From an uncultured virus (IMG/VR IMGVR_UViG_643886092_000009) (taxonomy: Duplodnaviria; Heunggongvirae; Uroviricota; Caudoviricetes): a DNA stretch of 57,102 nt. The notes under the pieces were generated by a model. It saw only the letters and a list, made by a program, of their open reading frames with translations. It ran no database searches and was not told the origin of the DNA. How positions within the stretch are numbered: the stretch's first letter is position 1; every line of letters starts with the position of its first letter. Position numbers and translations under genes: made by a program. The stretch lies in IMG/VR virus record IMGVR_UViG_643886092_000009. The stretch is one strand, 5' to 3'. Of this stretch, positions 19,251 to 28,071 are shown piece after piece.

Positions 19251-20105
19251 GTGTTAAAATTGTCATCCAAACAATGTAAAGTAGATAACTGTACAAATAA
19301 GGTATTAGCAAGAGAAATGTGTTCAAAACATTATACGCAATGGAGAAAACATGGTGAATTACGACCTGACTTAGAAAAGCAGAGACATGATATTTGTACA
19401 GAAGAAGGTTGTAACAGAAAGCACTACTGTAAGGGGTATTGTAACAAACATTATAAGCAATATAAATCACATGGTAGAACTACACCTGAACTAGAAAGAA
19501 TCGGTAAAACTAAGATTTGCAAAGTTGATGATTGTAATAAGAAAACGTTAAGTAAAGGGTATTGTAGTAAACACTATTCTCAATTATATAAATATAATAC
19601 ATTAAGACCTGATATCGAAAGAGGTAAGATTAGATTATGTACGGTAGACGGGTGTGAGAATAAGTATAAAGCAAAAGGATATTGTACAGGTCATTATGTT
19701 CAGTTCAAGAAGTATGGTTACATTGTAAAACCAGTTAAGCAAGAAACAAGACTATGTAAAGCAGAAGGTTGTAATGAACCAATACGTGCGAGAGGTTGTT
19801 GTGATAAACACTATCAACAACTAAGAATACACGGTAGTTTGAAGTCTAAGTCAAAGAAACTATGTAGTGTAGAAGGTTGTACAAGCCCACATCAATCAAA
19901 AGGGTTCTGTAACAAACATTATAAACAAATAACTCGACATAATGAAATAATAGACTATAGATTACATAGAGGTTGTATGGTAGAAGGTTGTAACAATAAA
20001 CACAAGGCGAGGGGACTTTGTAAGAAGCATTATCAAAGAGTAATGAACACATTAAACAAGGTACAAAATACATATAACATCAAAGTAGGGGTAGTAAACG
20101 AATGA
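19251..20105 (+). CDS. Tandem CCCH zinc-finger protein (7 units)
   Basis: Seven units, most followed by a Q...(H/Y)G helix. Confidence 0.85.
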   Translation: MLKLSSKQCKVDNCTNKVLAREMCSKHYTQWRKHGELRPDLEKQRHDICTEEGCNRKHYCKGYCNKHYKQYKSHGRTTPELERIGKTKICKVDDCNKKTLSKGYCSKHYSQLYKYNTLRPDIERGKIRLCTVDGCENKYKAKGYCTGHYVQFKKYGYIVKPVKQETRLCKAEGCNEPIRARGCCDKHYQQLRIHGSLKSKSKKLCSVEGCTSPHQSKGFCNKHYKQITRHNEIIDYRLHRGCMVEGCNNKHKARGLCKKHYQRVMNTLNKVQNTYNIKVGVVNE

Positions 20106-20341
20106 TTTGTAAGGAAATAGATTGTCATAGCAAAGTAAGAGCAAAGGGGTATTGTGCTAAACACTATACACAAATACAAAGGCATGGTAGAGTTACACCT
20201 GAGAAAGAAAAGCTTCAAAACGGTGGAATTTGTAAGATAGAAGGTTGTAATCAGAAACTAAGAAGTAGAGGTCTTTGTTCAAGTCATTACTACCAACACA
20301 TGGGATTTTATCAGATGAAAAAGAATAAAGAGAACTCGTAG
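20102..20341 (+). CDS. CCCH zinc-finger protein (2 units)
   Basis: ATGA overlap with the upstream stop; two units. Confidence 0.8.
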   Translation: MICKEIDCHSKVRAKGYCAKHYTQIQRHGRVTPEKEKLQNGGICKIEGCNQKLRSRGLCSSHYYQHMGFYQMKKNKENS

Positions 20342-20364
20342 GTCTACAAGTAGTAGACCTTTTT
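20340..20364 (+). terminator. Intrinsic terminator
   Basis: aggtctac-aagta-gtagacct-tttt. Confidence 0.8.
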
Positions 20365-20380
20365 GTTTACCTTTATATAT

Positions 20381-20409
20381 TTGACAAATAGTAAAACTTA
20401 TGTTATAAT
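20381..20409 (+). promoter_or_regulatory. Sigma-A consensus promoter
   Basis: TTGACA-17-TATAAT. Confidence 0.9.
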
Positions 20410-20438
20410 ATAGTTAGATAATGTAAAGGGTGAGAGAT

Positions 20439-21167
20439 ATGGCAAAGAAGCATAAAGTTTGTACAGTACCAAACTGTAATTTGGTTTACTACGCAAGGGG
20501 TTGTTGTAGGAAACATTATAATCAGATTAAAGAATATGGTAGACTTACACCTGAGTTAGAAATAGTAGGAATAACGAGAAGATGTTCCGAGAGAAACTGT
20601 AATAATTTACATTATGCAATTGGTTTATGCGAGAAACATTATCATCAGAAACGCATATATGGTCAAGTTGTTAGTGAGGTAGAGGACAATGAACCTTGTG
20701 AAGTAAAAGACTGTCCTTTTCCAAGGAGAGCAAAGGGGTATTGTAGAAAGCACTACTCACAAATGTATAGAAACGGTGAAATCAATACCGAAGTAGAAAG
20801 AGATAGAGTTAAATTATGTATAGTAGATGGTTGTACAGGAAAACATAAATCACATGGTTATTGTTCAAAACACAATCATCAAATAAATAAGTATGGTAGA
20901 ATTATAACAGACGAGGAAAAGAAGCAGTATAAGACTTGTCAGTTAGAAGGTTGTAGTAATACTCATGTAGTTGAGGGGTATTGTGGTACGCATTATAATG
21001 AAAAGAGACTAACTGGTAAAGTTACAATTCAAACAGATAAGGTGAGAAGAGAAGGTTGTAAGGTAGAGGGTTGTAAGAATAAGTATTATGCAAGAGGATT
21101 TTGTCGGAAACATAATACAGAAGATAAGAACAAAGGGGTAGTGGTATATGGAACAAATGATAAATAA
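20439..21167 (+). CDS. Tandem CCCH zinc-finger protein (6 units)
   Basis: Six units; start is ATG 20439 or GTG 20430. Confidence 0.85.
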   Translation: MAKKHKVCTVPNCNLVYYARGCCRKHYNQIKEYGRLTPELEIVGITRRCSERNCNNLHYAIGLCEKHYHQKRIYGQVVSEVEDNEPCEVKDCPFPRRAKGYCRKHYSQMYRNGEINTEVERDRVKLCIVDGCTGKHKSHGYCSKHNHQINKYGRIITDEEKKQYKTCQLEGCSNTHVVEGYCGTHYNEKRLTGKVTIQTDKVRREGCKVEGCKNKYYARGFCRKHNTEDKNKGVVVYGTNDK

Positions 21168-21753
21168 GGTAGAACATTTTATTTATGAGATTAATCAGTT
21201 ACATAAAGAAGTTTCACAAGATTACTTTGAAACTAATAAGGAAGAAAGATATAACTTATCAAAAACGATTACACATGTACCTGTAGACTATATTTTAGAT
21301 TACAGATTAAATTTACATGAATGTATAAACGATTATCTGATGAGGGGTTTAAGTCCTTTATTCTTTGTCTACCGTGTTAAAACACATGAGAGTATTATGG
21401 ATAAACTAGAAAGATATGCAAACCGAGAAAATAAGTACCCTGTAAATGGTTGGTTAAATGATATATTTGGTTGTAGATTAATAGTAGATACAGAAACAAT
21501 GGAGTTAATTGAAAATACACTAGATAAGTGGAAAGAACAATTTAATCTGAAAAACTGGTATAAGAAAGACAAAGATGGATATAAAGCGATTCATGTTTAT
21601 TTTAAGAATCAAAACAATGTATATTTTCCTTGGGAACTTCAAATATGGGATGAGAAGGATAAGAAACAAAACATACAAGCACATAGAAGTCAAAAGAGAA
21701 AGTTTATATTAAATAGAAAAACAATGATGGCACAATGGATTAGAGACTATTAA
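21148..21753 (+). CDS. RelA/SpoT-family small alarmone synthetase-like protein
   Basis: YRVKTHESIMDK, LNDIFGCRLI, GYKAIH and WELQI match the RelA_SpoT synthetase motifs; no hydrolase domain. Confidence 0.8.
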   Translation: MEQMINKVEHFIYEINQLHKEVSQDYFETNKEERYNLSKTITHVPVDYILDYRLNLHECINDYLMRGLSPLFFVYRVKTHESIMDKLERYANRENKYPVNGWLNDIFGCRLIVDTETMELIENTLDKWKEQFNLKNWYKKDKDGYKAIHVYFKNQNNVYFPWELQIWDEKDKKQNIQAHRSQKRKFILNRKTMMAQWIRDY

Positions 21754-21767
21754 GAATAGATAAAGAG

Positions 21768-21794
21768 AAGGTCTACTTATTTGTAGACCTTTTT
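21768..21794 (+). terminator. Intrinsic terminator
   Basis: aaggtctac-ttattt-gtagacctt-ttt; same stem as the terminator at 20340. Confidence 0.8.
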
Positions 21795-21812
21795 AATTAT
21801 ATTCTATCTAAC

Positions 21813-21841
21813 TTGACAAAAACTTAAACTTATGGTATAAT
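21813..21841 (+). promoter_or_regulatory. Sigma-A consensus promoter
   Basis: TTGACA-17-TATAAT. Confidence 0.9.
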
Positions 21842-22024
21842 AGTACTATATAAGAAATACAAATGAAGATATAAATAAAGAGACTGGCGTGTAGAAGTAT
21901 CCTGTATAGAGTAGGAAACTGTCCTTAAAAGCAGTCTGAAAAGGTTAAGGTAAAAGAAGTCACCAACAAGATAAGCATATGAAACGAAAAGATAAAAGTA
22001 TCTGATAAGAAAGAAGGGTTAAGT

Positions 22025-22720
22025 ATGAATCAAGTATCAGACCAGTTAGAAGTGGCAATTGTACAAGGTTTAGAGAAACATGTTCGTTCATTTATGAATA
22101 AAGGGGTAGTGGCTTTTACGCCTAGTACATTAGATGCGACTCTTTTACGTATGAAAGGTGAAGTTGAGCGTTTATTTCAGGATAAGTACGCTGTACTAGA
22201 CTTAGTTGATGAAGCAATTGGTTTAAGTCAAAGAAACCGATATAATCAATACAACATGAGTCCATTAGAAATGGCAAAGTTCCATTTTATTAAAGAAGAA
22301 CTAAAGTTTTCAGTAGCTTGGACAAGACAAGATATCCTAAACAGTATAGAAGAGTATCTGAATAAAGATAAAGAGTTGCCTAGAACTAAAGTAAACGTAT
22401 TATCTCTATTAGCAAATGAAGATAATTTTGGTTCAAACGAAGAAATGGTGAAGTTTATTGATGGTCATGAACTGGACATCTTAAAAGACTTTACAAGACA
22501 TATTTACCTTACAATGAATAAGGAAACTGGTGTCCGTGATTTACATTTTTACCATTATGTACCGGAAAACTACTTAAAGTTAGAAAATATCACATTACGA
22601 TTAAAATATGTATTTCTTAACTTAGTAGATAGAAATAAAGAACTAGATTGGAATGAAATTGAGTCGTTATTAAATACTTCAAACTTAGAATTGGTACGTA
22701 AAATTAAAGGGTTAGCATAG
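22025..22720 (+). CDS. Hypothetical protein with family B domain
   Basis: LLANEDNFGS...HIYLTMNKETG...KLENIT, homologous to the C-termini of 13075 and 14253. Confidence 0.8.
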   Translation: MNQVSDQLEVAIVQGLEKHVRSFMNKGVVAFTPSTLDATLLRMKGEVERLFQDKYAVLDLVDEAIGLSQRNRYNQYNMSPLEMAKFHFIKEELKFSVAWTRQDILNSIEEYLNKDKELPRTKVNVLSLLANEDNFGSNEEMVKFIDGHELDILKDFTRHIYLTMNKETGVRDLHFYHYVPENYLKLENITLRLKYVFLNLVDRNKELDWNEIESLLNTSNLELVRKIKGLA

Positions 22721-22723
22721 TAG

Positions 22724-24067
22724 GTGACAAATTTGTGTACAGAACAGTGTAAAACAGAAGGTTGTCAAGAAAAAGTAATAGCAGACGGATATTGTTATAT
22801 ACATTTTATGTCTGTAAGTAGTAAAACAAAAGATAAGAGTCAAAAGGCAAAAGAAACAATTATTGAAAACTATGCTATAACTTGTATGGAACAGGGTTGT
22901 GAGCAAATAAAGACCTACAAAGATAGATGTGATAAACATACTACTTTACACTATTTACAAGAAAAGGTTCAAATTTGTAAAATAAATGGATGTCTAAACG
23001 AAGTACACCAAGATGAGTTATGTAAGTATCATAGCAGACAGAAAGAAGTTTTAGGGTTTACAATCGAGACTGTACCTACCGTTAGACTTTGTAAGGAAGT
23101 AGGTTGTCTTCATGATGGGGTATACAGACAATATTGTAAAAAGCATTACATTGAGCATAAAAGAGAAGAAGATGTAGGGAAAGACTTATTCTGTAAAGAA
23201 GAACAATGTAGTGAAATAGCAGAAATAAAGGGGTATTGTTTAAATCACTATAAATCAGAAGGTAAACAAGTAAAAGGTAAGGATAAAACTCCAAAAGTAG
23301 TCGTAACGTTAGAAATGTCGAATAGGTGTGGGATAAAAGATTGTACAAAAGTTTTATTTGATGAAGATTTTTGTGAAAAACATGCTAACTTAATAAATTC
23401 GCAAGTGTCTGTAGATGAATCTTTCAACAATACAGGTTTTGACAAGAAATCTATACAGACTTGCATCGTAGATGGTTGTGTTCATTTGGAACATAAATTT
23501 GGGTTATGCGAATATCATTATAATGACATAAGTGAATTAGGAGACTTTAAATCAGACAAGGAAGTATTTGAAGACCGAAGATGTGCGGTAGAAGATTGTC
23601 GTTCAAAACGTACTAAGGTAATAAAAGACTCCTGTTTCTGTAAGTCACATTATGAAGAGTTCGTAAATAGAGAAAAGATAGCAAAGAAAATCAAGAAGAA
23701 AACTGAGAAACTATGTAATGTATTTGAGTGTAATGAGCCTAGAGATACAAGACTGTATTGTTCGTATCATGCGGAGCATATCAAAATGGGCTATGACTTT
23801 GAAATGAAAGACTGGTGTAGTCAAACAGGTTGTAAAGAAGAAGCAAACATGATGATAGGTAAGAAATACTACTGTAAGAAGCATGGAACTTGTAAGACAA
23901 GATATTGTAGAAATCCAGTTCATCAAAACGGACTATGTAAAGAGCATGTATTACAAAAGCAAGAAGAAAAACAGTGTAAAACCATGAATTGCGGTGAAAA
24001 AGCGTATAGAAAAGGATTATGTATCAATCATTATACGATAGCAAAGAACTTAGAAAGAGGGGTATAA
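22724..24067 (+). CDS. Tandem CCCH zinc-finger protein (12 units)
   Basis: Twelve units, two with 13-aa loops; the start may be TTG 22733. Confidence 0.85.
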   Translation: MTNLCTEQCKTEGCQEKVIADGYCYIHFMSVSSKTKDKSQKAKETIIENYAITCMEQGCEQIKTYKDRCDKHTTLHYLQEKVQICKINGCLNEVHQDELCKYHSRQKEVLGFTIETVPTVRLCKEVGCLHDGVYRQYCKKHYIEHKREEDVGKDLFCKEEQCSEIAEIKGYCLNHYKSEGKQVKGKDKTPKVVVTLEMSNRCGIKDCTKVLFDEDFCEKHANLINSQVSVDESFNNTGFDKKSIQTCIVDGCVHLEHKFGLCEYHYNDISELGDFKSDKEVFEDRRCAVEDCRSKRTKVIKDSCFCKSHYEEFVNREKIAKKIKKKTEKLCNVFECNEPRDTRLYCSYHAEHIKMGYDFEMKDWCSQTGCKEEANMMIGKKYYCKKHGTCKTRYCRNPVHQNGLCKEHVLQKQEEKQCKTMNCGEKAYRKGLCINHYTIAKNLERGV

Positions 24068-24068
24068 T

Positions 24069-24419
24069 TTGAGTACTTGTAAAGTAGAACATTGTGGTAG
24101 AAACACGAGAGCAAAAGGTTACTGTCACAAACACTATCAACAGTATTTAAGAACGGGAACAACATGGTTAGGTTATAGTGAGTTTCCTACTAAACAGTGT
24201 GAAGTACCAGACTGTGATGGTAGGCACTTCGCTAAGGGGTATTGTAATCGTCATTATCAACAATTTAAAGTACATGGAGAAGTTAAAACTGATTTGGAAG
24301 TACAACAAGAAAGAATTTGTTCCGTAGACGGTTGTTGCGGAAAGGTACTTGCAAAGAAAATGTGTGGTAAACATTACTATCAAGTAAGACGTAAAGGAAA
24401 AGTTGTACAATTAGCATAG
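24069..24419 (+). CDS. CCCH zinc-finger protein (3 units)
   Basis: TTG start after agggg; three units. Confidence 0.85.
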   Translation: MSTCKVEHCGRNTRAKGYCHKHYQQYLRTGTTWLGYSEFPTKQCEVPDCDGRHFAKGYCNRHYQQFKVHGEVKTDLEVQQERICSVDGCCGKVLAKKMCGKHYYQVRRKGKVVQLA

Positions 24420-24446
24420 GAAACAATAAGGTAAGGAGTCTTTTAG

Positions 24447-24707
24447 ATGTCAAAAGGTCAATGTGAAGTAGCAGGATGTAGTATTCCTGTACACTCAAAA
24501 GGGTATTGTAATAAACACTATCTTCAAATATGGAAACATAAGAAGTTAACACCTGAGTTAGAACGAATGAAGGTAACTGATTGTATTATACCGAATTGTG
24601 ATGGTAAGGTGCGTTCGAAGGGGTATTGTAGTAAACATTATTATCACTTTGTTTTAAAAGAAAAAGAAAAGAAAAAGAAGTTAAAGTCTACAGGAACAGA
24701 TAAGTAG
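24447..24707 (+). CDS. CCCH zinc-finger protein (2 units)
   Basis: RBS aaggag; two units. Confidence 0.85.
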   Translation: MSKGQCEVAGCSIPVHSKGYCNKHYLQIWKHKKLTPELERMKVTDCIIPNCDGKVRSKGYCSKHYYHFVLKEKEKKKKLKSTGTDK

Positions 24708-24731
24708 TTCCATTAAACTATATAATAAGAG

Positions 24732-25157
24732 GTGGATAAGGTGACGATTTGCAAGGAAGAAGGTTGCAATTCGAAACAACATGCAAAAGGGTTATGTAAC
24801 ACACATTATCAAAAGAGTAGACGAAATTCTTTACATACAAGTCGTGGCATATGTAGTGTAGACACTTGTAATCTACCGCACTATGCTAAGGGGTATTGTA
24901 ATAAACATTATCAAAGCAGAAGAATGGCTAAGATAGTAGGAGACAAGCCACCGAAACCAAGAAAAGTTTGTAAAGTAGAAGGTTGCCAATTAGACCATAG
25001 AGTAAAGGGTTATTGTCGAAAGCACTACTATCAAGTTAAGAAACACGGTAGAGTATTAGATAAGGTACTAAAAGTAGACTACTGTATAATAGAGGGTTGT
25101 CACCGTGTAAGAGAAGCAAAGGGATATTGTCCGAAACATTATCAAAGAGTACATTAA
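24732..25157 (+). CDS. CCCH zinc-finger protein (4 units)
   Basis: Four units; start is GTG 24732 or 24741. Confidence 0.85.
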   Translation: MDKVTICKEEGCNSKQHAKGLCNTHYQKSRRNSLHTSRGICSVDTCNLPHYAKGYCNKHYQSRRMAKIVGDKPPKPRKVCKVEGCQLDHRVKGYCRKHYYQVKKHGRVLDKVLKVDYCIIEGCHRVREAKGYCPKHYQRVH

Positions 25158-25246
25158 AAGACTAAGAGTTTACTATTGTAATAGATTTAAGTATCAAAAC
25201 TATTACAAATAAATTGGTAAACTCTTTAAATTTGTCTTAAACATTA

Positions 25247-25275
25247 TTGACATATACCTAAATTTATGGTATAAT
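25247..25275 (+). promoter_or_regulatory. Sigma-A consensus promoter
   Basis: TTGACA-17-TATAAT. Confidence 0.9.
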
Positions 25276-25522
25276 AAGTATGTGTTAAGAAAAGGTAGTA
25301 AATACATATGCCTATTAAATGTTATAAGAATACATATGACTAACTAACCATACAGTGTGCTAGGAACGTAAATAATAGGTTTGTGCAATTATGGAACGTT
25401 TGTCTGTATAAACATAGATTCATAGTTTAATAGGGTATGAGACAAAAGAGTAAACAAAATAAACTAATTAAGGGAGGGTTAAGATACTGAAAGAGTCGAT
25501 GGACTACGGTATCGAAAACAAC

Positions 25523-27742
25523 ATGAAGAAATCAGTTAAGAAACAAGCAGTCGCACTATCCACTACGCTTGCCGTTTTAGGTGGTATGCCAGTTGGAGCA
25601 TTAGCAGAAGAAACAGTTAAAACTGAGGTAGACCAGTTACGAATTTCCGAAAGTGACCAAGTAGAGCAGAATAGTTTATATGGTTCTGAGTTGGAACTGG
25701 AAAATAAGAAAGAGGATGTTAAGAAAGAAGTTAAACAGGCAACAGCAGAAGTAAAAACAGAAGTTGCAAAAGAGGAAGTAAAAACAGAAGCTACTACTGA
25801 GAACAAAGCAGTAGAAGTAAAGAAAGAAGAAAAGGTTGAACCTGTTAATCAAGAGGAGGTAAAACAGCCAGTAAAAGAAGAGAAACAAGAAGTTAAGCAA
25901 GAAGTGAAACAACCTCAACAAAAGCAAGAAGTAAAAGAAGAGGTTAAGCCTGAGGTTAAGCCTGAGGTTAAACCAGAAATCAAGCAAGAAAACAAGGAAG
26001 TAAAACCAGAAGTTAAGCAAGAAGAAGTTACTCATGAAGAAGAAGGTCATGAGCATAAGACTGTAGAAGATGTGCAAAAAGCTAAAACTGGTGAAGTAAC
26101 AGAGTTTGAAGCATTACAAAACATCCATAACGCTTTTAAAGGTGAAGACGGTAAAGGTGATGGAAGTTCTCGTGAAATCAAACCGAAACGTACTAAACGT
26201 TCATTAGCTTTCAGCGCACCTACTCAAACAACACAGAAAAAGGGTTCAATTGCAGGTATTCCTTTCACTGAATGGATTGTACCAGCAGGAAACTTAGATA
26301 TTCGTCCACAAAACCCTATGAAAGCGAAATATATCACGATTCATGAAACAGCGAACACGGAGCGTGGAGCAAACGCTGAGAATCATGCGAAGTACCTTTA
26401 CAATCAAGCAACTCAAGGTACTTTCAGAACAGCTTCATGGCATTTCACTGTAGACGATAAAGAAATCTACCAACACTTACCTACAAATGAAAACGGTTGG
26501 CACGCAGGAGACGGTCAAGGTTCAGGAAACATGGAATCTATTGGTATTGAGATTGCAGTTAACCAAGACGGTGATTACAATAAAGCAGTTGAAAACGCCC
26601 AAAAACTTGTTGCTCATTTAATGAAACAAGAAGGTATCAGTGGGGATAACTTACGTAGACACCAACAATGGAGTGGCAAGAAATGTCCTGACATTATGAT
26701 TTCTCGTGGTAACTGGAATAACTTTGTTAATGGTGCAAAAGGATTTGCAGGTCAAGGGGTAGGTATTGATAAACCTCTTGAAGAAAAAGAAGAAACGGTA
26801 AATCCAAACGAACATAATCCCGCATCACCTAACATTAAGTTAACGGTTAATGGTTATGGGGTAAACGTTCGTAGTGGAGCAGGTCAAAACTATGGTGTTG
26901 TAGATAAGCTGAACAAAGGTCGTGAGTTCAAAGTATTATCTATTAAAGACGGTTGGTATGAAATTGAAAAAGGTAAATGGGTATTCTTTAACCCAAGTTG
27001 GATTAAATTGACTTACAATGCCTACGATAAACCAGTACAACCTGAGCAAAAACCGGAACAAAAGCCTGAACAGAAACCTGAGCAACCACAAGTACAACAA
27101 GGTAAGAAGATTGTTATAAACGGTCAAGGGGTACGCCTACGTAGTGGAGCAGGTACAAACCACGGTGTTGTAGGTAAAGCACAATATGGTCGTACTTACG
27201 ATGTATTAGAAGAATCAAACGGTTGGGTAAAAACTTCTGATGGTTGGATTTACAACGATTCAAGTTATATCCGAACAATTAATAATGGCGGTGGAAACAC
27301 GAACCAAGGTGGAAATACTGGTGGAAACCAAGTACAACAAACTGGTAAAAAGATTATCGTAAAAGGTAATGGCGTTCGTGTTCGTAGTGGAGCAGGTCAA
27401 AACCACGGAGTATTAGGCTATGTTTCATACGGTCAAGAGTTTACTGTAGAAGCGGAATCAAACGGATGGGTAAAAACTTCTAGAGGTTGGATTTATAATG
27501 ATTCTAGTTATATTCAAACTGTAGGTCAAGGTGGAGGTAACTCTAACCAAGTACAAGCAGGTAAAAAGATTCAAGTAAACGGTAGCGGTGTTCGTATGCG
27601 TCATGGAGCAGGTTTAAACTATGGTGTTAGTGGGTACGCTTCTAAAGGTAAAACATATACTGTACATGCTGAGTCTAATGGTTGGGTGAAAGTAGACGGT
27701 GGTTGGATTTATAACGACTCTAGTTATATTCGTTCACTGTAA
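25523..27742 (+). CDS. Secreted N-acetylmuramoyl-L-alanine amidase (Amidase_2) with four SH3b-type domains
   Basis: Signal peptide MKKSVKKQ...ALA; ITIHETAN, SWHFTVDD, WHAGDG, SIGIEI, RHQQWSGKKCP; four repeats of GV(N/R)xRxGAG...GW. Confidence 0.92.
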   Translation: MKKSVKKQAVALSTTLAVLGGMPVGALAEETVKTEVDQLRISESDQVEQNSLYGSELELENKKEDVKKEVKQATAEVKTEVAKEEVKTEATTENKAVEVKKEEKVEPVNQEEVKQPVKEEKQEVKQEVKQPQQKQEVKEEVKPEVKPEVKPEIKQENKEVKPEVKQEEVTHEEEGHEHKTVEDVQKAKTGEVTEFEALQNIHNAFKGEDGKGDGSSREIKPKRTKRSLAFSAPTQTTQKKGSIAGIPFTEWIVPAGNLDIRPQNPMKAKYITIHETANTERGANAENHAKYLYNQATQGTFRTASWHFTVDDKEIYQHLPTNENGWHAGDGQGSGNMESIGIEIAVNQDGDYNKAVENAQKLVAHLMKQEGISGDNLRRHQQWSGKKCPDIMISRGNWNNFVNGAKGFAGQGVGIDKPLEEKEETVNPNEHNPASPNIKLTVNGYGVNVRSGAGQNYGVVDKLNKGREFKVLSIKDGWYEIEKGKWVFFNPSWIKLTYNAYDKPVQPEQKPEQKPEQKPEQPQVQQGKKIVINGQGVRLRSGAGTNHGVVGKAQYGRTYDVLEESNGWVKTSDGWIYNDSSYIRTINNGGGNTNQGGNTGGNQVQQTGKKIIVKGNGVRVRSGAGQNHGVLGYVSYGQEFTVEAESNGWVKTSRGWIYNDSSYIQTVGQGGGNSNQVQAGKKIQVNGSGVRMRHGAGLNYGVSGYASKGKTYTVHAESNGWVKVDGGWIYNDSSYIRSL
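25860..26020 (+). repeat. Low-complexity coding repeats (EVKQ/EVKP)
   Basis: Tandem gaggttaagcct and related 12-mers in the amidase pro-region. Confidence 0.75.
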
Positions 27743-27764
27743 GAATTTAGTACCAATAGGGGTA

Positions 27765-27793
27765 GGGCTATAGGTAAAACTGTAGCCTTTCTC
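27765..27793 (+). terminator. Intrinsic terminator
   Basis: ggctatag-gtaaaa-ctgtagcc-tttct. Confidence 0.65.
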
Positions 27794-27855
27794 TATGATT
27801 ATATGGAATGAATATATAAATATTCAAAACTAGCAATATTTTTATCATAACAATG

Positions 27856-27884
27856 TTGACATATGGCTAAACTTATGGTATAAT
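27856..27884 (+). promoter_or_regulatory. Sigma-A consensus promoter
   Basis: TTGACA-17-TATAAT. Confidence 0.9.
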
Positions 27885-28071
27885 AAGTATATAGTAAAGA
27901 AGAGATAACAAAAGAAAATACTAGTATTACATTGGGAAAACATATTAGTAGTTTCAAAGATTCATACTATAGCAAGAGAATATCGAGTTAAACAAAAAAA
28001 AATAACAAAACGAATGGGGGTTCGAGATACTCTATTAAGTCGTAGTAATAGTCGGGGTATCGAACAAAGAA

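Noticed and set aside
15144..25157. Finger proteins as HNH endonucleases, heme c proteins or ferredoxins
   Set aside because: No HNH catalytic motif, the pattern is CxxH rather than CxxCH, there are no signal peptides, and there is no CxxCxxC spacing
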